Shown here: piece by piece, positions 45,540 through 58,801 of the stretch
How the letters are laid out: every line of letters begins with the position of its first letter
Numbering within the stretch: the stretch's first letter is position 1
Assembly: GCA_964016885.1 (NCBI GenBank)
Contig: OZ024757.1
Coordinates: forward strand, 24,986,001-25,050,000
Reading direction: 5' to 3'
Source: Eledone cirrhosa
Taxonomy: Eukaryota
Length of the DNA stretch: 64,000 bases
Position numbers and translations under genes: made by a program
The notes under the pieces: model-generated
The model's database searches: none
What the model was told of the DNA's origin: nothing
What the model saw: the letters and a program-made list of their open reading frames with translations, nothing else

Positions 45540-48346
45540 ATGCAAATAGACTTAGAATGGAAAACATTCAGACAGAGAAGAATGGATAATGAGCGTCATA
45601 AGAGAAATTGGCCAACAATTAATATTAATGGAAATGTAGAAGAATTTCATATTAGTGATATGAATGTTTTGTGTGATCACTGTGGAGCTTTGAAATTTAG
45701 AAATGAAAATTGTAACTGTTGTAATAAAGGAAAGGTTGTGTTGCCTCCATTGCAAATATACCCTGAGAGACTGAGAAATCTCTTTGAAAGAGGCCAGGAA
45801 GCAGTTGATTTCACAGAAACATCTGCAATTAAAACTACATTTATTTCACTTCATTTGGTGTTACCACCCGGCAGAGGCCCGTATAGCTTTCATATTCAGG
45901 GTCAAACATATCACTACACCCCCACCCCTGTAACCTGCAGAAAATACACCACAATATGGCTAGTTATATATTATTGATGGGAATGAAGGTGTGTAGCACA
46001 GATTGGAAGTACGACCAAATAATTGTTTTAGTGTCTTGACATCTAACAACTGAAGCAGGTAGTTTGTTCCATGGAGGTTTTAAAGGATGTAGTGTCTCGA
46101 CAGCGAACAACTGATGCAGGTAGTTTGTTCCATGGAGGTTTTAAAGGATGCAGTGTCTAGACAGCGAACAACTGACGCAGGTAGTTTGTTCCATGGAGGT
46201 TTTAAAGGATGCAGTGTCTAGACAGCGAACAACTGATGCAGGTAGTTTGTTCCATGGAGGTTTTAAAGGATGCAGTGTCTAGACAGCGAACAACTGATGC
46301 AGGTAGTTTGTTCCATGGAGGTTTTAAAGGATGCAGTGTCTCGACAGCTAACAATTGATGCAAGTAGTTTGTTCCATGGAGGTTTTAAAGGATGCAGTGT
46401 ATTCACAGCTAACAACTGATGCAGGTAGTTTGTTTCATGGAGGTTTACATTGGAAGTACAACCAAATAATTGTTTCTGGCACAAGGCCAGCAATTACTGG
46501 TACTTTATTCTATCGACCTCATAAGGATGAAAACAAAGTCAACCTTGGAGGGATTTGAACTCAGAACGTAAAGGGCCATAACCCTATGCTGCAAAGCATG
46601 GTGTCTGACGCTCTACCGATACTGCCAATTCACCGCCCTAGTACCAACAAATAATGACTGCTCACCACAAAAAATGGCTATGATAAGAGAGGTGTTGCAT
46701 GAATGTTATCCATATGTCGAAGTGTACAATACAATGCATGGCATCAAACAGCAAAGTTCTAGAAGAGAAAATTGTCGTGTACAGAACTGTGAATTAAGAT
46801 TTAGAAGAGGATCAGATATAAGCTGCTATAATTTACCAACTAGTAATGATAGCTGTTGTTTTGTGGGGGATTGAGGGCACACCACCTGTACAAAGAGATA
46901 TTATCATCTTTCCTAAAGACCATCCTCCTCAGAAAATACCACATAATTCATGCCACTTGGACCTCATGACCGACCGATAATGGTGAATTTTGGTGGCATA
47001 GTGACATGGAGAGGAATGCAGGACCTGTGTTTGCAATAGACTGACAATGCAGGAGTATTACATAGACTGTATAGCATATAGAGGAGGATTTAGTGCGATA
47101 TATAGGGCAGGTAAATTATTTTAGCAGTATTTAGTGGAAGCCTATATGAAAGTAGAGGGATGCAGGCTTCAATATTTGAGGAACAATCAAGCCCAATTGT
47201 GAGTCGATGAGTATAATGGTTTAATGAATTATCTAAACAGATGATAACACTGAGTGAGCCTTAAAAAATGAAGACAAGATAAGAAACAGAGAAGACATTG
47301 ACAGAATCGTGTCAGCAGAAATACCTGCATTTGAAGATGATCCAGTACGACATGAGCAGGTTTAAAAGTTTATTATCCACAGGCCATGTGGTTCTGGAAA
47401 CCCTTTTCCCCCATTTATACAAAATGGATTTTTCCAAAAGAACTATCCAAAAACCTACAGAAGGGAAACATTATTGAACCTAAATGGATACCCAGAGTAC
47501 AGGAGGTGCAAGACAGGAACTGCAGTGTAAATTGGATGACATTCAGTAGATAACAGGAATGTTGTGCCATTTAATGCCTTTTTGCTTAAGAAATATTGTG
47601 CACATATTAATGTTGAAGTTTGCGCTTCTGTAAAAAGTGTCAAGTACCTCTTTAAATATGTTACATGGGGCATGATTGTACATCTATAGAAGTAACGAAT
47701 AATGCATTACCTAATGAGGCTCAGAACCAACACAACCATGATGAAATAAGAATCTATCTTTGTTGCAGGTATGTGTCTCAGCCAGAAGCAGTGTCGTGTC
47801 TCTCGGAATTTAAGCTTCATGGTACATCACATACAGTATACAGCCTAGCCACACACCTGGAGAACAAACAGAGTTTACTTTCAAAGAGGCAATGCTCAGG
47901 TTGTGGTAGAAATGCAGGGACCCTTGCTGCCTGGTTCAAGTTAAATGAACTTGCTTACACCTTCTGGGATGCCGCCTCACAAGCTCCAATTAAAAGCAGG
48001 ATCAATAATAATGCTTCTATGGAATATTTCAATCCAGAACAGATTATGTAATGGCACAAGATTAGAAGTAGTGGAACTGCATAAACATTTTATCGAAGCT
48101 TCTCATATTTATGGTCCTTTGATGGGCAGGTGTGTTTTGATCCGAAGACTGAAGTTAGCTCCCAGTGGTGCCAACATCCCTTTTACTTTGGAAAGACCCC
48201 AGTTTCCATTAAGACTGTCATATGCCATGACAATCAACAAGAACCATGGTCAAATACACGATAAAGTGGGTCTGTTCCTCCCTGAGCAAGTATTTAACCC
48301 TGGACAATTGTATGTTGCTTTTTCAAGAGTTCACAGACAGATGTAA
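45540..48346 (+). pseudogene. Decayed Helitron Rep/Helicase, copy 2, interrupted by 61-bp repeats
   Basis: Near-identical to 20853-23210 with the same internal deletions and SINE insertion. Confidence 0.92.
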
Positions 48347-50189
48347 AAATTAATCCTACCAAACCCCCACCACTCCTACAACTGTTAGCTGTTAGACCAC
48401 CCCAGCACCACCCAACCTTCGTTCTAGTCCCACCGTTAGAACCAATGCTGCTTACCCTGCCTCTTTTACTAGTTCACTCCGTCGCTCGAATTTCAAAGCT
48501 GGCACCTCGACACTTGGTCGTTGCCAGCTCACCACCTGGTTGTGCTCTCTGTGTCCGCACTAGCCGGTACCTAAACACAATAAAATGTCACCTGTGCTAT
48601 CAAAACTACCACAGGAACTCTGTCGGCATCAGCAAGGCTCAAGCCGAAAGGCTTCAATACTAGACCTGTAATCAGGGCCACTTTACCTCCGACGACCAGC
48701 TTTCTACCGATTGTGTGTTGATGGAGGGGACATGAGACCAGCAAAGTCCTAGGAGTAGAGACTAGTAAATAATAAACGGTCCTAGCTATGTTAAGAATAT
48801 ATATAAGAAAAATGTACTATACATTTAAGAAGACAAGAGAAATAAATATTTACCTCTTTCATGTAGGTAATATAGCGGTGTTATAAAAGTAATTATACGA
48901 CCGGTGTAACAGTCGGTATAAATGAAAGATGTAGAAATAAAAGTTGCAACAATGACATGAATAAAGATACATTAATTTAATATGAGCAAGAATAAATATT
49001 TAATGGAATTAATTAAGTGTAATTTAATAAGAAATAAGATATAAGTAAAACAGTAAAAGAAACAATAACAAACAAAATGGAGTCACATAAAATTTGGTTT
49101 GTGTTTATAAAGCTTATTTTAAACGCGATTTTCCTTTTAAATCCGTAGCTAAGTTAGTAGCAGCTCCGCTTACTAACCTTAGGGCTATAACGTTACATGG
49201 TTCGAATCTTACACTCTTCTCTATAGTGCCACACGAGTTATCTCCTAGTCTTTTTATATAGTTTCACTGTTTAGTGAAAGAGGGCGCTCCGAACAGTTAC
49301 TTATGTAGACGGGTGGTTAGCGACTCGGCTTACAAACATTAGCATCATGACGTTACATGGGTTCGAACCCTTCCGGCGCCTCAATTTTTCAAATAGAGTT
49401 ATCACCCATGGTTCTTTAGAGTTTCATTGCTTACTCGAAAGATGGTGCGGGGATCATCTTTTACGATGAGTAGTAAGAGACAATAATACATGGAAGGAGG
49501 AGAAATAGAGAGAGATAGAAAGACGAATGTGTCACACACTCAATTCTCTCACCGTCTCTTTACTTCTGACAGAGTGATAGATGTAAAGAGAAGGTGAGAA
49601 ATAAGAGGTTGATAGATTTGGCTGTTATTTTTAACATTTTCTAATCATGAGAGAGAGAGTATAAGATATAGAGAGAGGGGGAAATCGCCGATGTTTACGT
49701 TGAGAAAACCTAATAAAACGTTATAAATGAGATAAACAAGACAAAGTTAGATAAAATAAAATCAGCGATATATTTATAATATTTTAATATATTTTTCCTG
49801 GTCGTCTGCTTCCATTGATAGAGAGAGGAGTGGTGGGAGGTAGCCATAACAACCGTGGTAGCAACACTGTGGTTTTTAAAGAAGTGAATACAAGAAAAAC
49901 AAGCAACAAATTTAAATTTACTAAAATTAGTTTAAACATCTAAATCTTAAGAATATTAAATCTCTTACCCCTTTAGCATTCACATTACTCTATATATACT
50001 ATTGTATTTTCACAGTAACGGCTTTATCTCACATAATATCGAATCTATGAGATTTCGATATTATTTATTTTCAGAACAATACTTTAACATCAGTATGAGT
50101 GGTTAATTAGGGCTGGTTTGAACAGAAAGAGGTGAGAGAATTCTGGCCGGTTACACCTGGTTTAAATGATAAGGGGTTAAACCCTTCAA

Positions 50190-52363
50190 GATGTGTATGA
50201 CGAGAAAGAAGCCGTTTTAGAATCGTATGACATAGATAATAACTGGAATTTCTTATGTGACAACTTACTGCAGGCTGCTGAAGACACTTGTGGCTGGAGC
50301 AGAGCTCCGACCAGACAGAGAGTGACCTGGTGGTGGGACAACACGGTAGATAAGGCCATTAGAGACAAAAGACTAGCATGGAACACTTGGATAAATGGTG
50401 AGAGTAGAGACCGATGCACAGCCGCTAAGAAAGAAGCTAGACGTCAGGTGTACTTAGCACGCAGGGAGGCTGAGAATAGGAGGGTTGCCAATGTTCTGTA
50501 ACGGGAAGATCAAAGACGTGCGGTGTTCCGCATTGCAAGCCAGTGTGTCAGTGTAAATCGGGATGTTGTTGGAGATAAATGTGTCCGGAATGATGCTGGT
50601 GTACTCAGTGTCAATAATGATCAGAAAAAGGCGGCCTGGAAATGCCATTATGAGAGGCTGATGAATGTGGAGAATGAATGGGAGAGAGAGAAACTACCCA
50701 CATTTGACCAAACAGAGGGACCAGCTATTGAGATTGTTGACTATAGGGTCAAAGAGGCAATTAAAGAAAGGAAAAATGGTAAGGCAGCTGGACCATCAGG
50801 GATAGTTGCTGAGATGCTGAAGGCATGAGGAGAAGTAGGTACTAAACTGGTTGCAAGCATAATCAATCAAGCTATATATGGCGGAGTCATACCCAAAGAC
50901 TGGTGCAGCAGTATTCTCATAAATTGCTACAAAGGTAAAGGGGATGCTCTGGAGAGGATCAATTATAGAGGCAGAAAACTGATGGATCAGGTTATGAAAG
51001 TGGCAGAAAGGATATTAGAGCAACTAATTAGAGAAAGAGTCAAACTAGATGAGATGCAGTTTGGTTTTGTGCCTGGGAAAAGTACAACCGATGCCCTCTT
51101 CTTAGAGAAGAATAAGCCATTATACTTAGCTTTTGTTGACCTAGAGAAAGCCTTTGATAGTGTACCCCCAATCTGTCATCTGGTGATCCCTAAGGAAACT
51201 AGGTGTTGAGGAATGGCTTGTGAGGACAGTACAAGCTTTGTACAGAGGTGCTGTCTATAAAGTGAGGGTTGGAATGGAGTTTAGTGAGGAATTCCAGATA
51301 CAAGGAGGAGTCCATCAGAGTTCGGTCCTCAGCCCGCACTTCTTCATTATAGTCCTCCAAGCCATAACAGAGGAGTTTAAGACTAGCTGCCCATGGGAAC
51401 TTCTCTATACTGACAATCTGGTTTTTATAGCAGAATCAGTAGAGGAGCTAGAGAATAAATTCTGGCTATGGAAACAGCAGTTGGAATTAAGAGGACTGAG
51501 AGTGAACCCAGCTAAAACAAAAGTGTTGATAAGTAGAAAAAAGGACAAAACTCTGATGGCCATGTTCGATATGCAGAAAAGGAAGTGGCATACATTCTAT
51601 AAAATGTACACAATGCAGATCTTGGGTACATACGAGATGTAGTGGGAAAGCAGGCAAACTAACAGGTAGGGAAAACTACGTATGCAGTAGATGTACAGGG
51701 AAATTTGACAGTAGAAGTCGCATTGATAGACACATTTTTCAAATGCAAGTAGGTTCTATAAAAGTGGTTGATAGCTTCAGTACCTAGGTGATCAGATTAG
51801 TATGGGGGGGGGGGTGTTCCGAGGCCATAGTATCTAGAATAAGGACGGGCTGGAAGAAGTTTAGGGAGCTGCTTCCTCTGGTGACAAAGAGGGTTTCTCC
51901 CTGCATACAAAAGGTTGGTTGTTTGATGCCTGTGTGAGATGCACAATGTTGCATGGTAGTGAGACATGGGCAGCAACTGCAGAGGATATGCGAAGGGTGA
52001 AGAGAAATGAAGCAAGCATGCTCCATTGGATGTGCAATGTCAATGTGCGTGAAAGACCAAGCATGGACGAGTTGAGAGTGAAACTCTATAAGAAGGATAA
52101 ACTGCAGTGTGCGGGAGAAAAGACTGCGTTGGTATGGCCATGCGATGCGTATGCAGGATTACCGCAGGGTGAAGAAGTGCCAAGTAATCCCAGTGGGAGG
52201 AAGACGCAGTAGAGGAAGACCAAGGAAGATATGGGCAGAGGTAGTGAGAGCTGACCTCAGATCGTTGAAGCTCAGAGGAGATGATGAAGGAGAGATGTTA
52301 TGCTGAAGAGGATCTGTCCCACCCTTTATAAGCAGGGAAAAGTGGATGTATAATGATGATGAT
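50190..52363 (+). mobile_element. 5'-truncated, decayed RTE-clade LINE
   Basis: TWWW, KNGKAAGPSGIVAEMLK, QFGFVPGKSTTDA, AFVDLEKAFD, GVHQ.SVLSP, LLYTDNL (degenerate YADD), GSETW, RLRWYGH, RGRPRK; stops and frameshifts; (ATG)n tail. Confidence 0.92.
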
Positions 52364-53878
52364 ATATATATATATATATATATCCCACCCTTGCAAACAG
52401 GAAAAAGCAGATGTAAAATGAAAATGATGATATATATAGATAGATAGATAGATAGATAGATATGTATATATATATATATATATATTTATACTTATACGTC
52501 ATGGTGGCTACAGGTGCCAAGAGGAAGAAGCCGGACAATCCTCTGATATTTGTTTATCTCCCTTTCCTTCGTGAGCCGCGGTACCCGGGTTTGTGGCCGA
52601 CGCGACCAAGTTGAAATCGGCCACCGGTGGTTGATATCACCAGGTTAGGAAACCCTGGTTTAGTCGCTCCAGTTATTACTTCGTTAGACATAGTCAGTAA
52701 TTGAAATTAAAGCCTAAAGGTGTACTAAAGCCACAAACGTTTTTCTATCTATGAATTATTAGTGGTGTAAACAGATGAATTAAAGTCAAAGCTAACAAAT
52801 ATATCACCAAGAAGAATATCTAAGGATTTCCAAAGTGTAAAGTCAGCTCAAGCCTGGAGACTTATCAAGCAGGTGCCTGTCCCAGTCCCTCTAGCGTAAA
52901 GGGACTGAGAGTACATGACTTCCCCCTGGACATGATGTCAGTCCATCGCAGGGTTAACCCCCCACCTATGTGAAATTAAGTTTTTGCTCAAGTAAAACAA
53001 CTAACAACACAGTCCAGGAATCGAATACACATATGATCGTAAGACCACGGGCCTCCACTATCGAAGGATCTACCCTTCATTAAAGAATAAATTAGACTTA
53101 TGCTTACGTCGCTGACATAATTAAGGTCGGAAAGGACATTACTGAAAATAAGGAATGAACAACTAAAGGAAGACAGAAACGGAAGGAATCTACACAGGAG
53201 GGCCCATCTTCCTACCAAAAGAATTATTTTAACAAGCCTACATCCTACTGAGCCAAAGAAAGGGGCCTCATAACTAGAACAGGCCTCATTTGTCCTAAAT
53301 ACGGAGCTGTCTTTACATATAATTATATATATGTATATATATATAGTATGTGTGTGTGTATGAAGATGTATGACCCCTTAGCAAGCCAAACTACAGTTAC
53401 GCCCCAACATGGAGAGCAAATTAAAACATTACCTGTTAGAGACGAACGTGAAATGATTTGTTAGTGAACTACCGGTGTAACAGTAATTATGTTACCGGTG
53501 TAACTATTTCTGTTTACCTTATTTTTAAATCACACTCCTATATTAGTTTAGTGACCCCAGGCCTACTTGGAGCCATTACAGCCGAGCTCCTCCGCAAGAT
53601 CGGAGTGTTTGTGGCCCGTCTGAGGATGGAGTCCCACGAGGTTTGATGGCTGTTGCAGCAGGTGTCACTGCCCTTACATATATATACGTAAATGTTCCCT
53701 TGACTGCTATTTCTAGCATATATTAATAGACACTTTAGAAACAGCAGCTAAAAATCAGGAAACAACAGTGTGTCTGTATATATATACAGAAAGAGAGAGA
53801 GAGAGCAGCCAAAGACATACACACACATACACACAGGTGTATGTCTGCGTGTATGTATATATATGTATGTGTCTTTGC

Positions 53879-53965
<87 letters not shown>

Positions 53966-54002
53966 CAGTGATCCCCCTCCCAACCTTTAATTAAACAAAC
54001 CT

Positions 54003-54479
54003 GCGATGATCAAAACAAACTTCATGTGTATCTGGAAGTTTGGCCGTATTATATCACTTTCAAATTGACCCCTATTATATTCAAATTATCCCCTGTGGGG
54101 CGTGCACCCCACGTTGAGAATCCCTCATAACTAAATATATGTGAGTGTGTTGCTATGACTGCTATTTCTAGCAGGTTTACTGCAGTCCTGTAAACGCACA
54201 TCAAAAAACCGGAAGTGGCAGCCATTAAAAAACTTTGGCTTAAAATCAGGCAAAAGTTTTTAAACAATTTGCCAAGAAAGATAACTCTTGTCTTACTTAA
54301 TCACAAAAATCGAGTCAAAAATTTTGCGGGTGTGCAGATTGTTTGGTCGCAATTGCTGCTATTTCTAGCATGTATGGACGTTTTAGAAATAGCAGCGAAA
54401 AACGGAAAACAGCAGAAAGAAGGACACACACCTATATATATATGTATATATATATATTTTGGATATGTGTGTGTTTGTT

Positions 54480-54510
<31 letters not shown>

Positions 54511-54589
54511 ATATATATACATATATATTTATATATATATATATGTATATATATGTATATATATATATATATATATATACATATATATT

Positions 54590-54680
<91 letters not shown>

Positions 54681-54952
54681 GGATATGTGTCTGTTTGTTT
54701 ATATGTATATATATATATGTGTGTGTGTATATATATATATGTATATATAGGTGTGTGTCCTTCTTTCTGATGTTTTCCGTGTTTCGCTGCTATTTCTAAA
54801 GTGTTCATACATGCTAGAAATAGCAGTCAAATACCAGCAAACAAGACCAAATCAACTGCACAGCCGCAATATATATATGATATATAAATATATGTGAGTT
54901 GCTATGACTGCTATTTCTAGCAGGTTATTCCTAGCGTGTAAACTGCACACCC
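54003..54952. repeat. Palindrome copy 3, with deletions in both arms
   Basis: Left arm shortened; right arm ends at ACTGCACACCC and jumps to sequence equivalent to about 28934. Confidence 0.88.
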
Positions 54953-55920
54953 ACAGATAGAATACTTTGTAGTATTTTTTCCAGTTCTTTATTCTCAGTT
55001 CAACTTTACTTTTCTTACATTCGGGGTTCTCTCTTACTCTATATCTCTTTCTTACTCTCTCTTTTATTCAGACCTGGAGAGGAGATGTACTCTGCCAGGT
55101 TTTATAATGAGTTATGGGGTCATACCTGCCTGCAACATCACTGTGTACTGAGTGTAGCATTTTATATCCTTGTTCTGGGCCTTCCTAACACCACTGTGTA
55201 TTAAGTGTAGCTTTTAATATCCTTGTTCAGGGCCTCCATAATACCAGACTAGCTAATGTGTATATTATATTGTTATAGAGGAACTAAGTATGTCCTTTAG
55301 GTTCTGTAATGTACCCTAGTTGGCCCTAATGGTAGCACCGGCCCTGTATAAAACTGTGATACTTTAAGGTTCAGTAATGTACCTATCTGATGTCTGTACC
55401 CTAGCTGGTTGTCTGTCTCTCTCTACCCTAGGTGGCTCTGTGTCTCACTGAGGTCTGTACCCTAGGTGGCTCTGTGTCCCTCTAAGGTCTGTACCCTAGG
55501 TGGCTCTGTCTCTCTCTAAGATCTGTACCCTCGGTGGCTCTGTGTCTCTCTAAGGTCTGTACCCTACGTGGCTCTGTGTCTCTCTAAGGTCTGTACCCTA
55601 GGTGGCTCTGTGTCTCTCTAAGGTCTGTACCCTCGGTGGCTCTGTGTCTCTCTAAGGTCTGTACCCTAGGTGGCTCTGTGTCTCTCTAAGGTCTGTACCC
55701 TAGGTGGCTCTGTGTCTTATTAAGGCCTGTGTCCTATGTGGCTGTCATCATCATTATCATCGCTGTCATTGCCACTGTCATCATCATTATCATCGCTGTC
55801 ATCGCCACAGTCGTCGTCAGGGCTGGATTACCTCACAACGGTAGCGAACATATTTGGATGTGATCATACGAAAGGAATTGTTGAAACATATCAGATCTGA
55901 AATAGAGAGAGTTAGATGAT

Positions 55921-55971
<51 letters not shown>

Positions 55972-57047
55972 CTCGCAGACAGTGAGAGAGAGAGAGAGGA
56001 AAACATTGATTGTGTTCACCACATTAAGTTACTATCTTACTAATGAAACAATTAATAATTTTAGTAAATTCTTCAATATTCTTCATTAATTAATTGAAAG
56101 AGAGTGTATTTCATTAGAAATGTGGTCATAAAAAAATAATAATAATGAATTATTGTGTACAGTGCTAAGGTGCACTACAACTCATCAAAGGTGCATGTAT
56201 GGTATATAGAATAATGTACACATGTCAGGAAAGTGAACAGTGTATGAGTCATGATATACCTGTGTGTGTGTGTGTAAGGAGGGGGGATATTACCTAACAA
56301 CTGATGCAGGCAGTTTGTTCCATGGAGGTTTTAAAGGATGCAGTGTCTCCACAGCTAACAACTGTGTCTCTCTAAGGTCTGTACCCTAGGTGGCTCTGTG
56401 TCTCCCTGAGATCTGTACCCCAGGTGGCTCTGTGTCTCTCTAAGTTCTGTACCCTAGGTGGCTCTGTGTCTCTCTGAGATCTGTACCCTAGGTAGCTCTG
56501 TGTCTCTCTAAGGTCTGTACCCTGGGTAGTCGAGTATCTCACTGAGATCTGTACCCTTGGTGGCTCTGTGTCTTATTAAGGCCTGTGTCCTATGTGGCTG
56601 TCATCATCATTATCATCGCCACACTCGTCGTTTGTTCCATTGAGGTTTTAAAGGATGCAGTGTCTCAACAGCTAACAACTGATGCAGGTAGTTTGTTTCA
56701 TGCTTCAGCAACTCTGAACGTGAAACAATGTTTCCAAAAGTCATGGGAGCTGTGCTGCTTTCTGATTTTGTAGGCATGTCCACGGGTGTTAGACACATGG
56801 AATTCAAAGAGGTGCTCAGTTTTAATGATATATTCTCTTTCTGACATAAAAAAACTAAGAAAAATACCATGGAGGCAAGAAACAGTTTTTTTTATTGTAC
56901 AAGCTCAACCAACAATAAAGAAATTTAATAAAAATTTAATAAAAATTTGGAAAAAATTAATGTAAAAATGAAAAATATGTAAAAAACAATTGAAAATAAC
57001 AGGCAACTGAATTTTGATATTTTGGTGAATAGATGTGGAGTGTTGGT

Positions 57048-58801
57048 ATATAACACATATAACCCTATCAGTGAAGTCCTTTAGTATAGGTCAACTGAGA
57101 AACTATAACACATATAACCCTATCAGTGAAGTCCTTTAGTATAGGTCAAATGGGAAACTATAACACATATAACCCTATCAGTGAAGTCCTTTAGTATAGG
57201 TCAACTGGGAAACTATAACACATATAACCCTATCAGTGAAGTCCTTTAGTATAGGTCAACTGGGAAACTATAACACATATAACTCTATCAGTGAAGTCCT
57301 TTAGTATAGGTCAACTGAGAAACTATAACACATATAACCCTATCAGTGAAGTCCTTTAGTATAGATCAACTGGGAAACTATAACACATATAACCCTATCA
57401 GTGAAGTCCTTTAGTATAGGTCAACTGGGAAACTATAACACATATAACCCTATAAGTGAAGTCCTTTAGTATAGGTCAACTGGGAAACTATAACACATAT
57501 AACCCCATCAGTGAAGTCCTTTAGTATAGGTCAACTGGGAAACTATAACACATATAACCCTATCAGTGAAGTCCTTTAGTATAGGTCAACTGGGAAACTA
57601 TAACACATATAACCCTATCAGTGAAGTCCTTTAGTATAGGTCAACTGAGAAACTATAACACATATAACCCTATCAGTGAAGTCCTTTAGTATAGGTCAAC
57701 TGGGAAACTATAACACATATAACCCTATCAGTGAAGTCCTTTAGTATAGGTCAACTGAGAAACTATAACACATATAACCCTATCAGTGAAGTCCTTTAGT
57801 ATAGGTCAAATGGGAAACTATAACACATATAACCCTATCAGTGAAGTCCTTTAGTATAGGTCAACTGGGAAACTATAACACATATAACTCTATCAGTGAA
57901 GTCCTTTAGTATAGGTCAACTGAGAAACTATAACACATATAACCCTATCAGTGAAGTCCTTTAGTATAGATCAACTGGGAAACTATAACACATATAACCC
58001 TATCAGTGAAGTCCTTTAGTATAGGTCAACTGGGAAACTATAACACATATAACCCTATAAGTGAAGTCCTTTAGTATAGGTCAACTGGGAAACTATAACA
58101 CATATAACCCTATCAGTGAAGTCCTTTAGTATAGGTCAACTGGGAAACTATAACACATATAACCCTATCAGTGAAGTCCTTTAGTATAGGTCAACTGGGA
58201 AACTATAACACATATAACCCTATCAGTGAAGTCCTTTAGTATAGGTCAACTGAGAAACTATAACACATATAACCCTATCAGTGAAGTCCTTTAGTATAGG
58301 TCAACTGGGAAACTATAACACATATAACCCTATCAGTGAAGTCCTTTAGTATAGGTCAACTGGGAAACTATAACACATATAACCCTATCAGTGAAGTCCT
58401 TTAGTATAGGTCAACTGAGAAACTATAACACATATAACCCTATCAGTGAAGTCCTTTAGTATAGGTCAACTGAGAAACTATAACACATATAACCCTATCA
58501 GTGAAGTCCTTTAGTATAGGTCAACTGAGAAACTATAACACATATAACCCTATCAGTGAAGTCCTTTAGTATAGGTCAACTGTGAAACTATAACACATAT
58601 AACCCTATCAGTGAAGTCCTTTAGTATAGGTCAACTGAGAAACTATAACACATATAACCCTATCAGTGAAGTCCTTTAGTATAGGTCAACTGGGAAACTA
58701 TAACACATATAACCCTATCAGTGAAGTCCTTTAGTATAGGTCAACTGGGAAACTATAACACATATAACCCTATCAGTGAAGTCCTTTAATATAGGTCAAC
58801 T
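57048..58801. repeat. 55-bp minisatellite, second array, about 32 copies
   Basis: Same unit and flanks as 31447-33474. Confidence 0.99.
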
